Positions 11,401-23,082 of a stretch of DNA of 41,286 nt are shown piece by piece. Under the pieces are notes generated by a model that saw only the letters and a program-made list of their open reading frames with translations, was not told the origin of the DNA and made no database searches. This stretch comes from Chiloscyllium plagiosum (taxonomy: Eukaryota), in contig NC_057750.1 of the NCBI RefSeq assembly GCF_004010195.1, positions 10,596,643 to 10,637,928 on the forward strand. Reading direction: 5' to 3'. Position numbers and translations under genes: made by a program. Position 1 is the stretch's first letter; the number at the start of each line of letters is the position of its first letter.

Positions 11401-12965
11401 CCACCATCTGCACTGCCACCAGAACTGACCATTTCTTGCCACCACCAACCCCTTCCTCCAAACAGGCGCACGGATCCACCCTTGCCACCAGATTCTATGT
11501 CTCCCTTGCACCCCTGTCCTAAACTCTGTCACTTACCTTGACACTCTGTCCTTTGACTCTATCTCCTTGGCATCCTCACCCTTAACCCCCCCCCCCCCCC
11601 CCCGGCACCTTGACCTTACACTTTCACTGTCAAAGAGACCCGTCTGTGATTCTCGACTCCTAAATTACAGAATACAGCAGCTGACAGTAATGGGGGGAGA
11701 AGGTGTATTTTGCCTCCCTGCCCCCACCAGCCCTAGAGTCGGAATAAAAGCATGACTCCACATTTCAGGATCAGAAGCTCGATCTGTAAAAGGAGCAGAG
11801 TGGCGATCTGTATGTGCCACTTCTGGAGAAAATCCGGTCGAAAGGCACACTGAAATTGGATCTACTGAAATAGAATGGTTAACCCAAACTTTATTTACAT
11901 GGGATTCTGATTCTTAATTAAAAAAGCAATACTTTGGCGATTAACACCTGGAGGAGGAAATAAATCATTAAGGGATGTCTTGATTTACTGCGTGACAGGC
12001 TCCCTCTTTAATTTAGTCCCTTTCACGTTATTAAAAGCAGGATTAATACAGGATAAAGTGCAGCAGACATGGGGAAAGCAAGGATTTGGTGTGCGATTTG
12101 TATAGAGGTGGGGGATGGGGGTGAAGGAGGGCTGTACAAGATCTAGGGACTGAGTCCAGCCTCTTGTACCTTCACCTTATCACCTTCCAGAGATGGATGG
12201 GGTTTGGTTTTGGATCATTACAACACTTGATTATGGGCAGGTCTGTCTGATTTAGTCACCCTCCCAACCTTTGCTTCCTTCCGTCGTCCAACTCAGTCCC
12301 CATAACTTTCAGCTCTTCTAAACCTTATGGAGGCAACCTGCTCCAGGCAATGCAATTGGAATCATGAACATGTAATTTTGAACAATGTGGATATGTAAAG
12401 TGTTTTTTCTTCGTTAACTTTTTAAAAAAATTTTGTTTTGATGTGCTCACTGCCCACTGTGTCTCAATTCTGTAGAGTATACTCCAGTTACCTGTTAGTT
12501 TTTTTTTCTAATGATGAAAATGTGGAGCCCTGATTTTTTTTGTGAGGCTAACATTTTACTGAATGCAACTAGGTGAGAAAGCTTGTAGAGAACAATATCC
12601 CGTATTTGTTAGTGCATCTTTGCTGCGATTTGAGAGGAATGAGACTCTGAATATACGCCAATAGCATTCAGGGCAGAGAAACGGAGCGAGGTTGAACTGA
12701 CTGGAGTTTCTTTCTCAAAACAGAGTGTCATTTTTATCTCGAATTCCTGCTTTCCCTCCCTGCCTTCCCCTTTTACAGGAAATGTGTTTATTGGTAACAC
12801 AAACATCATGACTATTTCTGTTGGAGAGCTCCTTCCTGAACATGTTTCTCAGTCAGGCAGCTCCTCTTAAATTATGTTTAAAATGTATAAAAAAAAAGAC
12901 ACTCAATGTAAAATTTGTCTGAATGCAATGATTTTTAAATAAAGTGAATTTTAGTGAATCCCTGT
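5491..12965 (+). other. Probable long AKT2 3' UTR
   Basis: No recognisable CR1, HE1 or Penelope copies; AU/U-rich terminal segment; AATAAA at 12938-12943; repeats resume near 13250. The end point is inferred. Confidence 0.6.
12938..12943 (+). promoter_or_regulatory. Candidate distal polyadenylation signal
   Basis: AATAAA with upstream TGTA motifs and U-tracts and downstream tgttctc/tgttcttt. Other AATAAA at 5486, 8584, 8607, 10353, 11743, 11959. Confidence 0.55.
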
Positions 12966-13489
12966 TCTCAAATGTTCTTTCATCGCAATGTCCTCTGGTT
13001 ACTCGAATCCAATGAAGTTGTAGCTCTCCGTGAGTGCACCCATTCCTCGCTGAGTGAAAGTGGATTTTCACCAAGAGCATTGTCCAAGATCGAGTCGTGA
13101 TTAGGTTGTTAAGTCTTGGTCTCTGTGCGTCAGCATTGGATCACGCAGTTAGAAATCCCAAAATGGTTGGGGTCAGAATTATTGAAGGAGTTTGTTTTTT
13201 GTTTCTCATATTTGTTCTTCAGGATGTTGGTCATGGTTGGGATTTCACAGAACTGTTAACAGTGCCGAAGGAGACCATTTGACCTGCTGGATCTCCGATT
13301 GAGCAATTACTTTAGTATCATTCTCCCCCTGTAACCCTGCAAGTTCTTCCTTTTCAGGAAACAGACTAGTTGTTTACCAAAATCCTTGATTGAACTTGCC
13401 TCTGCTACACAGTGCATCCCAGACCCTGCCCACTGACTGTTTGGCAGGTTTTCCTGAAGTCACATATTTGCTGTTCTTATCAATTATCG

Positions 13490-14017
13490 AATATAGAACA
13501 ATACAGCGCAGAACAGGCCCTTCGGCCCTCTATGTTGCACTGACCTGTGAACTATTCTCAGCTCGTCCCCCAACACTATCCCAAAATCATCCATGTGCGT
13601 ATCTAAGGATTATTTAAATCTCCCTAATGTGGCTGAGTTGACTACATTAGCAGATAGGGCATTCCACGCTCTTACCACACTCTGCGTAAATAACTTGTCT
13701 CTGACATTTGTCTTAAATCTATCACCCCTCAATTTGTAATTATGCCCTCTCGTACAAGCTGACATCGTCATCCTAGGCAAAAGACTTTCACTGTCTACCC
13801 TACCTAATCCTCTGATCATCTTGTATGTCTCTATCAAATCCCTCCCCTTAGCCGTCGCCTTTCCAATGAGAACAGACCCAAGTCTCTCAGTCTTTCCTCA
13901 TAAGACCTTCCCTCCAGACCAGGCAACATCCTGGTAAATCTCCTCTGCACCTTTTCCAATGCTTTCACATCCTTCCTGTAATGGAGTGACCAGAACTGTA
14001 CACAATATTCCAAGTGT
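13490..14017 (-). mobile_element. CR1 LINE 3' end
   Basis: IETYKMIRGLGRVD...TRGHNYKL...FTQSVVRAWNAL; tail atagaacaatacagc. Confidence 0.9.
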
Positions 14018-14599
14018 AAATTATTTTTTAATCTTTATTGAATGAGAACATATTTTCACTATTTATCCCACCCAGATCCCTCTAGTTTTGGGAGATCTCT
14101 CTGAAGCAGGCCACTGAGTCCACACTAACTACTCCTAATCTCACCACTTTGTACTTATCTATGTATTTCTCACAGTACATGTTCTCTGACACATACAGCT
14201 CCCCACATTTTCTGTATCAGCTGTTAATCATTTCACTGTTATCAAAACCCATCCAGCAGACACTTCCCTGGTCCTCATGCAGCTCCAGTGATGATTGCTT
14301 GTTGCTTACTTTCACTTCGAAGGCACTCCACTTGCACCACTGCTGTCCCTAAGCTGCTGTGTGTATTTACAACATACTGAGGTTAGTTCAAAGGTATCTT
14401 GCAAGCATTCAATCACCCACCACCCAGAAGGACCAGTGACTATAGCTGTAGAGGAGAGTTACCAACAAAATTTAACTTGGATTTTTTTTTCTTCACAGGT
14501 TATAGGAGAAGCTATGGGCATCATTGTGGCCCATCCCTAATTGCTGTCAAACAGACTGGCTGGCTGGCTGGCTGTCTGTCTAGGCTATTTCAGAGGACA

Positions 14600-14935
14600 G
14601 AGAAATGTAGAGAATAGATATAGGCCCTTACAACCTGCACCACCATTCAATATGATCAGGCTGATCATGCAATTTCAGTATCCCATTCCCACCCTCTACC
14701 TCTTGATCCCTTTAGCTGCAAGGTTTCCGGTTCAGGTCAATCTTGAATATAGCTAACAAAACTGATCCGAACAACATCCTGTGGGAGCGAATTCCACAAG
14801 TTCACAACTGAGTGATGACATTCTTCCTCATCTCTGTCTTGAATGGCTTATCTTTTATTCCTAGACTGTGACCCTAGTTCTGGACTTTCCCAATATTGAG
14901 AACATTCTTCCTACATCTAGCCTGTCCAGTCCCAT
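14600..14935 (-). mobile_element. Older CR1 3' fragment
   Basis: CR1 tail caccattcaatatgatcaggctgatc and gaattccacaagttcacaac. Confidence 0.7.
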
Positions 14936-15216
14936 TTAATTAAGTTTCTTCCCTAAAGACCATTAATGGGCCCAATGGGTTTTTAAACCCAGCGACGATA
15001 GTTTGCTGGTGATTGATACTGATATTAGCTCTCAATTCCAGACTTGTTAACTAGAAGCTTGTGAACCCTTTGGAATGTTCTAGGCCAGAGGATTGAAGAG
15101 GTTCAGTCTTTTGGGTATGTTTAAGGCAGAGATCGATAGAATGGTGTGTACAAGGACACGGGGTAGCTGGAGGTATAAGGTATTGAAGTGTTTGATCTGC
15201 TATGATTGTATTGAAG

Positions 15217-15618
15217 AGACTAAAAAAATGCAGATGCTGGAATCCAAGGTGGACAAGTAGGAGGCTGGAAGAACACAGCAGGCCAGGCAGCATCAGGAGG
15301 TGGAGACATTTCAGGTGTAACCTTTCAGGACTGGGGATGGGTGTGGGTGAGTTGCAGATAAGGGGGTGGTGAAGTGGGGATAGCTGAAGACAGGTAGAGG
15401 GTCCTCCCACTGACCAACTAGATCGAAACCTCTACCTGCCTTCACCTATTCCCATGTCACCACCCTTCCCATGTCACCACCCTGTCCCTGCCACCCCCTT
15501 TATCTACATCTCTCCCCACACCCACCCCTAGTCCTGAAGAAGGGTGACACCTGAAATGTCAACTTCTCCATCTCCTGATGCTGCTTGGCCTGCTGTGTTC
15601 TTCCAGCCCCCTGCGTGC
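15217..15618. mobile_element. Fold-back (inverted) Penelope-derived element with hammerhead remnant
   Basis: The arms are reverse complements; direct repeat CTATGATTGTAYTGAAG at 15200-15216 and 15619-15635; core at 15534-15560. Confidence 0.75.
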
Positions 15619-15845
15619 CTATGATTGTACTGAAGGGCAGGTAATGCTGTCTCTCACCTGTGGAGCCACCTGTCACATGCCAATTGCAGTGCAGATGCAT
15701 TGGTTTCTGCTGCTGGAAGCTGCTGCCTGCATGGACTATGGAGTTCCACAGGTGACAGGAATAATGAAAAGGAACATAGAGCAGACTCATCAGGCCGAAC
15801 AGCCTACTCCTATTCCTATAAATTTAAAATTCCGTCAGCTTGCTG

Positions 15846-16850
15846 GAGGCCTGTGACCAGTGGTGTGCCACAAGGATCTGTGTTGGGTCCACTACTTTTT
15901 GTCATTTATATAAATTATTTGGATGTGAACATAGGAGGCACAGTAAGTTTGCAGATGACACCAAAATTGGAGATGTAGTGGACAGTGAAGAAGCTTACCT
16001 CAGAGTATGACAGAATTTTGATCAGATGGGTCAATGGGCTGAGAAGTGGCAGATGGAGTTTAATTTAGATAAATGCGAGGTGCTGCATTTTGAGAAAGCA
16101 AATCTTATACACTTAATGGTAAGGTCCTAGGGAGTGTTGCTGAACAAAGAGACCTTGGAGTGCAGGTTCATAGCTCCTTGAAAGTGGAGTCGCAGGTAGA
16201 TAGGACAGTGAAGAAGGCATTTGGTATGCTTTCCTTTATTGGTCAGAGTATTGAGTACTGAAGTTGGGAGGTCATGTTGTGGCTGTACAGGACATTGGTT
16301 AGGCCACTGTTGGAATATTGTGTGCAATTCTGGTCTCATTCCTATCGGAAGGATGTTGTGAAATTTGAAAGGGTTCAGAAAAGATTCACAAGGATGTTGC
16401 CAGGGTTTCAGGGTTTGAGGATTTGAGCTAAAGGGAGAGGCTGCATAGGCTATGGCTGTTTTTCCTGGAGTGTTGGAGGCTGAGGGGTGACCTTATAGAG
16501 GTTTACAAAATCATGAGAGGCATGGATAGGATAAACAGACAAGATCTTTTCCCTGGGGTAGGGGGGTCCAGAACTAGAGGGCAGAGGTTTTGTGTGAGAG
16601 GGGAAAGATATAAAAGGGACCTCAGGGGCAACCATTTCACGCAGAAGGTGGTGTGTGTATGGAATGAGCTGCCAGAGGAAGTGGTGGAGGCTGGTACAAT
16701 TACAACATTTAAAAGCCTTCTGGATGGGTATATGAATAGGAAGGATTTAGAGGGATATCTGCCAAATGGGACTAGATTAGGTGAGGACATCTGGTCGGCA
16801 TGGACGGGTTGGACCGAAAGGTCTGTTTCTGTGCTGTACGTCTCTATGAC
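15846..16850 (+). mobile_element. CR1 (HER1-like) LINE, ~1 kb 3' part of ORF2, disrupted
   Basis: [23 protein letters not shown] motif, then MRGMDRIN...SRTRG...FTQKVVCVWNELPEEVVEAGTI; frameshifts and stops; tail ctctatgac. Confidence 0.93.
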
Positions 16851-17439
16851 AAGGTCTTGTACTGCAGTGAGTCCCTGCCTCTGGGTCTGAAGGTTTGGGT
16901 TCAGCATGCGATGGGGATGTATCTGATTTTTTTAAAAAAAGCACTAGCTCCTGTGGCTCTCATCCAGTGAAAGAATTTTTACAAAAAAAATAGAACCATC
17001 CTTCCTTCTGGATTATCCCAGTTGTAATTTGCAGAGTCTTAATGTTGTACTTTAAGATTGGAGTCCATGGATTGCAGTCTCTGTCGCAGCAGTGTTTGTG
17101 TTGGGGGATCAGTGCATTGGGTTCAACATTGACACCACACCAATTGGCATGAGTTGGACCTGTGTGACTGAAACACAGAGGCTCCATGTGTGCTTAAACC
17201 TGCCCAGGCAGCAGCAATGCAGTTTTCTATTGACCCTAAGACTTGAATGTCACAGTGATGCTCTCTGTACCTCGGGATAGCAGGAAGCCACTCAGCTGAC
17301 ATGGCCATCTGATTTACTGAGGGCTGAAGTGTATGTCAATTCCACTTACCCTGCCATTGATCCATACCCCCTTTTAATAAAGATATGACCTCAATCATGC
17401 AAACTGTAGTCAGCCAGGATTCTCTGATTTGGGGAGCAA

Positions 17440-17710
17440 AGGAGGCAATGGCCTAGAGCTATAATAGCTAGACAAGTAAGCTGGAGACCCAGGTTTAAAT
17501 CCCACTGTGGTAAATGGTGGAATCTGAATTGTTAAAATTTGGAAATAAAGTCTAATGATGAGTATGACACAGTTATCCATAGGAAAGGAAACTTCCATGG
17601 CCTGCATGTGACTCCAGGCCCACAGCAATGGGATTGACTGTTAATTGCACTCTGGGCAATTAGGGATGGATAATGGTCAGCGATGCCTACAGCCAGTGAA
17701 TGAATGTTAA
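17440..17710 (+). mobile_element. tRNA-derived SINE
   Basis: A-box-like tggcctag, B-box-like ggtttaaatccc, tail gggcaattagggatgg. Confidence 0.7.
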
Positions 17711-17829
17711 AGGTGAGGTGAGAGTGATTGCCATTGACAGCAAGACCACATTTGAACAAGTGTGATATGAAGGAACTGTGGCAAAACTGTGGGAATTGGG
17801 GTAAGCTGTTGCTGGTTGGGGACATAGAT

Positions 17830-18920
17830 GGCACGTAAGAAGGTCAGTCATCTCAGCTCCAGGACATCTCTGCAGGAATTCCTCAGGCTAGATATTTTCC
17901 AATCAACCTGCTCAGAGATGTTACTTCACGCCACTGGACTTGAACCTAGACCTCTTGCAACAAGAGCCCTAGTTCCTCAGGGTAGTGTCCTTGGCGCAAC
18001 CCTCTTCAGCTATCTCACCAATGACTTTCCCTCTATCATAAGGTCAGAAATGGGGATGTCCACTGTATAATCATCCATGTTCAGCATCATTTATGAGGCC
18101 TAAGCTACTGAAGCATTATCAAATGCAACAAGATTTGGACCATATCCTGGTTTGTGCTGACAAGTGGCAAGTAACATTTGTGCCTCATAATTGCCACGCA
18201 ATGACTGTTTACAACAAGCGACGATTTTAACAATCTAACCATCACTCCACGTCACTCAATTATGCTACCAGTGCCTAGTATCAACATGCTAGGGATTACT
18301 ATTGACCAGAATGGGAATGGGACAAGCATGTAAATACTGCGGCTACAAAAGTGGGTCAGATTCTAGGAATTCTGTGGTGTGTAACTGACCTTCCATCTCC
18401 CCATCCACAAGGTGCAAATCAGGAGTGTGATGGAATACTTCCTAATTGCCTGGATGGGTGCAGCTCCAACAACACTCAAGAAGCTTGACGCCATCCAGGA
18501 CACAGCAGCCTGGTTGATTTCACTTTGTACAACTTTCCTTCCTTACCTGCCCAGTAACAGAGTGTGTACCATTTACGAGACGCACCGCAGCAATTCACCA
18601 AAGAGTCTTTGACAGCAGCTTCCAAAGCCGCAAACCTCGACTATCTGGAAGGACAAGGGGCAGCAGCTACATAGGAACTCCACCACCTGTAAGTTCCCCT
18701 TCAAGCCATTCACCATCCTGTCTTGGAAATATATTGCCGTACCTTCAGTGTCAATGGGTTAGAATCCTGGAATTCCCTTCTCCCTTCTTATAGCACTCTG
18801 GAAGCAGTTCAGAACAGCAGCCCATTATCTTCATCACCACCACCTCAAGGGCAGTGAGGAATGGGGCAGTAAATTCTGACCCAACCAGTGACTCCTGCAT
18901 TCCCCTGAACAAATAAAAAA
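17830..18920 (+). mobile_element. Second LINE family, RT-to-tail fragment
   Basis: [20 protein letters not shown] and IRSVMEYFLIAWMGAAPTTLKKLDAIQDTAAWLI; tail as at 3405-3800. Confidence 0.85.
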
Positions 18921-20571
18921 TAATCGTGTGTCATGGGATTGTTACAGCCCATTCTGTCCTGCCTGGCTCTGAACGAACATCTCCATGGTGCCACTCTCCT
19001 ACCTTCTCCCCAGCTTATTCTTCCTTTTCAGGTAATAGTTCAGACCTCAACACCTCACTGTAAAAACTCATGTCATCTTTGCCTCTTTTGCTAATTGCCT
19101 TAAATGTGTTCCCTGGTTCTTGATCCTTCCAATTAAGTTGTTCCCTAACTGTCCAGACCCCTCCATCATCCTATCAACCCTCTCTTATACAAGAAAAGCA
19201 ATCTCAATTTTTCCAAAACAGAGAATGCCGAAGGAACTCAGCAGGTCTGGTAGCATCTGTGAAGAGAGAAGCTGAAATAACATTTTGTGTCCAGTCTGAC
19301 TCCTCTTCAATCTGTCTTAGTAACTGACGTTCCTCAAACTTGGAACCATTCTGGTGTATCTTCTCTGGCTGGTGAGACTTGGATACCTACAGTTCTGATC
19401 CCATTGAGTAAATCCCCAAATCTGGAGCCTGTGGGGCCCCAATTAACCAAAGACCATAAGATGTTGGAGTAGGTGTTGGCCATTCAGCCCATTAGGATTG
19501 TTCTGCCATTCATTTTTTTGTGATTGTGGCACAACACAGCCAAAAAGAGTCAATGTGACAGCTCAACAAGAACTTCCTCCTCACAGTACACTAGCTGTGG
19601 CCAGCAAACTCAGAGCCACTGAAGTGAGGAGATTGTTATGTTCCACTATTCAATGAGATCATGGCTGATACGTTTAACCTCCATATTCCTGGAGATCAGA
19701 TCAAGAAAACCCAAGTGTAAGGGATCTGTCCAGTCAATTGCGTGGACATTAAGGTCTCTAATACTGGGAGGGCACAAGTGACCTCATTAGTCACTTGAAA
19801 GCAATTAGGTTCTTAATGATGATTGGCTGGATTCTGATGATTATAAGTTGTCATTCCACCAGCTTTCTTCACCCTATTACCCCCACCAACCTTGTTTGCT
19901 GTTTTTCAAACTATGTTTAACACAGACCTAGATGGATTCTAGATAACTTTACACCCTGTTGCTTATCAGGAGTCGTCAAAAATCAGATTAGATCAGCCGT
20001 GAGCCTATTGAAAGGCTGGGCAGGCATGAGGGGCCAAGTGGCCTATTTTTGTTCCTGACTCACATTCATATTGAACATATTCACAAAATTGAAAAGGAAT
20101 TCAACTTACTTAACACACCAGCGACACTCTCTGGCTTTTGTTCGCTGCACCATGCCCTGGGGATTAATCACAAACTCTGGGAGACTCCAGGGCTATTCCT
20201 CAAGGGTTAGCGACTGGAAAGTGGTAACAATGATGGGCCTGGATAAAGCTGTTGTCCTGGCTGGAGTTTCAGACCCCACCTTCTCCTCCTGAGGAAAGTC
20301 AGACCTCGAGGAAAATTGGAGCTGAAAGGTTTGCTGTGGAGTGAGGCTCAAAACGTGTGGTGCTGGAAAAGCATAGCAGGTCAGGCAGCATCAGAGCAGC
20401 AAGAAAGTCCATGCTTAGGGCATAAGCCCTTCATCAGGAAGGGCTCATCACTAAAATACACAAGACTCAATAAATCTACTTACTGAGAGATGGGATCAGG
20501 GATATAGAACTAATAGCCACTAGATGTCCCCAAAGACTGCAATTTGCATGGTGGGTGCCTTGCCACCAGGG

Positions 20572-20958
20572 TTAAAAATCACACAACACCAGATTATAGT
20601 CCCACCAGTTTATTAGGAAGCACTAGTTTCCGGAGCACTGCTCCTTCAACAGGTGGTACGCTCCAAAAGCTAGTGCTTCCAAATAAACCTTTCGACTATA
20701 ACCTGGTGTTGTGTTGATTTGGAAATGCCAGTGTTGGACTGGAGTGGACAAAGTTAAAAATCACACAACATCAGGTTATAGTCCAACAGGTTTATTTGGA
20801 AGCACTAGCTTTTGGAGCACCAGTCCTTCATTAGATGGTTGCTGATGAAGGAGCGGCGCTCCGAAAGCTAGTGCTTGTAATTAAACTTGTTGGATTATAA
20901 CCTGGTGTGTGATTATTAACTTTGAACACCCCAGTCCAACACCGACATCTCCAAGTCA
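20572..20958. mobile_element. Double fold-back Penelope-derived element (two tandem palindromes)
   Basis: Four alternately oriented copies of one unit; direct repeat TTGCCACCAGGG at 20560-20571 and 20959-20970; hammerhead core at 20842-20870. Confidence 0.8.
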
Positions 20959-20961
20959 TTG

Positions 20962-20975
20962 CCACCAGGGGGCAG
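20962..20975 (+). promoter_or_regulatory. CTCF-like motif
   Basis: CCACCAGGGGGCAG matches the CTCF core CCASYAGRKGGCRS; a weaker CCACTAGATGTCCC lies at 20517-20530. Confidence 0.55.
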
Positions 20976-21060
20976 TGCAGGCAAGTTGTTACAAGGCACT
21001 CCATTCACTTGCATGTAAGGTGCTTTAGATATTTCTTCAAGGTTCAGAAAACCAGAATAA

Positions 21061-21383
21061 TAGAATCCTTCTATTGCAAGAAGCTGGCATTCAGCCCACT
21101 GAGACAACACCAACCCTCCGAACAGCATCCTATCCAAACCCGTCCCCGTAACCCTTCATTTTCGTTTGGCTAACCCACCTAGTCTGCACATCTCTGGAGA
21201 CTCTGGCCAATCCACCTAACCTGCACATCTTTGTGACTGTGGGAGGAAACCAGAGCAGCTGGAGAAAACCCATGCAGACATGGGGAGAATGTGCAAACTC
21301 CATACAGTCACCCAAAGCTGGAATCAAACCCAGGTCCCTGGTGCTGTGAGGCAGCAGTGCTGACCACTGAGCCACCATGCCAC
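21061..21383 (-). mobile_element. HE1-like V-SINE
   Basis: Minus strand tggctcagtgg A box, ggtttgattcc B box, V-domain ggagtttgcacattctcccc...ggtttcctcccacag. Confidence 0.88.
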
Positions 21384-21385
21384 TC

Positions 21386-21647
21386 AGTGTAGAGACAGCC
21401 CTTCGGCCCAACAAGTCTACACTGACCCTCCAGGGGGTAACCCACCCAGACCCTTTTCCCTCTGACTAATGCACCTAACCTATGGGCAATTTAGCATGGC
21501 CAATTCACCTGACTGTGGGAGGAAACCCACACAGACATGGGGAGAATGTGCAAACTCCACACAGACAGTTGCCCAAGGCTGGAATCGAACCTGGGAGCCT
21601 GGTGCTTTGAGGTAGCAGTGCTAACTGCTGAGCCACCGTGCTGCCCC
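21386..21647 (-). mobile_element. HE1-like V-SINE (second, adjacent)
   Basis: Same head and V-domain; ggttcgattcc B box. Confidence 0.88.
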
Positions 21648-21761
21648 AATCTATTGTCAAATTCTGTGGAAGCACAAATCGCTGTCCTTCCTCCCCTCCC
21701 ACATTGCAAATTATAAATCAAAAATGAAAATACAAATTAAACAACATAAAATTAAACAATG

Positions 21762-21964
21762 AAAACAAAGCGCTGGAGAAACTCAGCAGATCTGGCTGCA
21801 TCTGTAAAGAGAGAACAAAGTCAACATATTGGTTCCAGCAACCTTTCTTCAGATAGCTCTGCTTTCTCTCCACAGATGCTGCCAGACCTGCAGAGTTTTT
21901 CCAGCAATTTCTGCTTTTATTTCTGACTTCCAGCATCTGCAGTTCTTTTTGTTTTGTTTCGTAC
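21762..21964. mobile_element. Short fold-back Penelope-derived element
   Basis: Inverted arms; direct repeat AAAATTAAACWATG at 21748-21761 and 21965-21978. A related degenerate copy lies at ~22115-22290. Confidence 0.7.
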
Positions 21965-22299
21965 AAAATTAAACTATGCTGTTAAGTAATACATATTTGT
22001 TATAAACTTATGGACTGTAAAATGGTAGCGTATCATTTCATTTCATTTGTACACTTTTAAAGAAGTATATTTGGTACAATTTTCAAATGATCTGAATGCA
22101 CGTAGGCCAAAATAAAGCAAAGTGCTGGAGATGTCAAACAAGCAAACACAGAAATTGGTGGTAAGATTCAGTATCTGTGGAGAGAAAACAGAGTTCATGT
22201 GAACGCTGGGCTAGAAGGTTAAGTGTGCTTTCTCTCCACAGATTCTCTCCAAGACCTGCTGAATTTCTCCAGCAATTTCAGTTTTTTGTTTGTTATGAA

Positions 22300-22940
22300 T
22301 TAAGCTACTTGGTCCCTTGCTCTGCTCTGCCATTCAATAAAATCATATCTGATCTCATGACTCTAGATTTCTGCCTGCTGTGATAACCTTTCACCAAACT
22401 CCTCTGTGCTCATCAAAAATCTGTTGATGTCTGCCTTAAAAATATTCCTGATGTGGAGGTGCCAGCGTTGGATTGGGGTGGACAAAGTCAGAAATCACAT
22501 GACACCAGGTGACTTCACCTGATGAAGAGGCTTCGCTCCAAAGGCTTGTGATTTCAAATAAACTTGTTGGACAATAACCTGGTGTCATGTGACTTCTGAC
22601 TTTAAAAATATTCAAGGACTCCACTTCTGCTAAACTTTTGAGCAAAAGAGCTCCAAAACTTCAACCCTTTGCGACACAAAACTTCCTATCATTTCTGTTT
22701 TTAATGGGCAACCCTTTATTTCTGGAAAAGGGATCCTTGCTTCCATATTGTCTTACAAAAGGAAAAATCTTTTCAACATTCGCCCAGGCAAGTCCCCTCA
22801 CGATCTTACATGCTTCGATCTTTACTCGAGCAAACCCACACTGTCCAGCCTTCCTCATAAGACAACCAGCCTATTCCAGGTGTTAGTCTGGTAAACCGTC
22901 TCTGAACTGCTTACAGCTCCTTCCTAAAATCAGGAACACT
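22300..22940 (-). mobile_element. Old CR1 fragment interrupted by a Penelope-derived element
   Basis: CR1 3' remnant (AEVESLNIFK); insert at 22448-22601. Confidence 0.7.
22448..22601. mobile_element. Partial fold-back Penelope-derived element, same family as 20572-20958
   Basis: Perfect 12-bp direct repeat TTAAAAATATTC at 22436-22447 and 22602-22613; TCAC-CTGATGA...GTGA stem I kept but GAAA mutated. Confidence 0.78.
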
Positions 22941-23082
22941 GAAAATTATGCGGAATTCTTCAGGGAAGCTTCTGCACTTTCTGGGTTCTATTGAAGCTCA
23001 GTTGGAAATACTAATCTACACAAAGTAAAATCCTTGTTATCTTGCATTGGTGGGATAATGGGTGGTGCTGGTCATGCATAAA

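Noticed and set aside
15846..16850. Functional reverse transcriptase gene
   Set aside because: 5'-truncated, with frameshifts and stops, like the other CR1 copies here.
20572..20958. MITE/DNA transposon, pre-miRNA or CRISPR-like array
   Set aside because: The arms are unequal and truncated, the duplication is 12 bp and hammerhead cores are present, which points to Penelope; there is no repeat-spacer periodicity and the context is eukaryotic.
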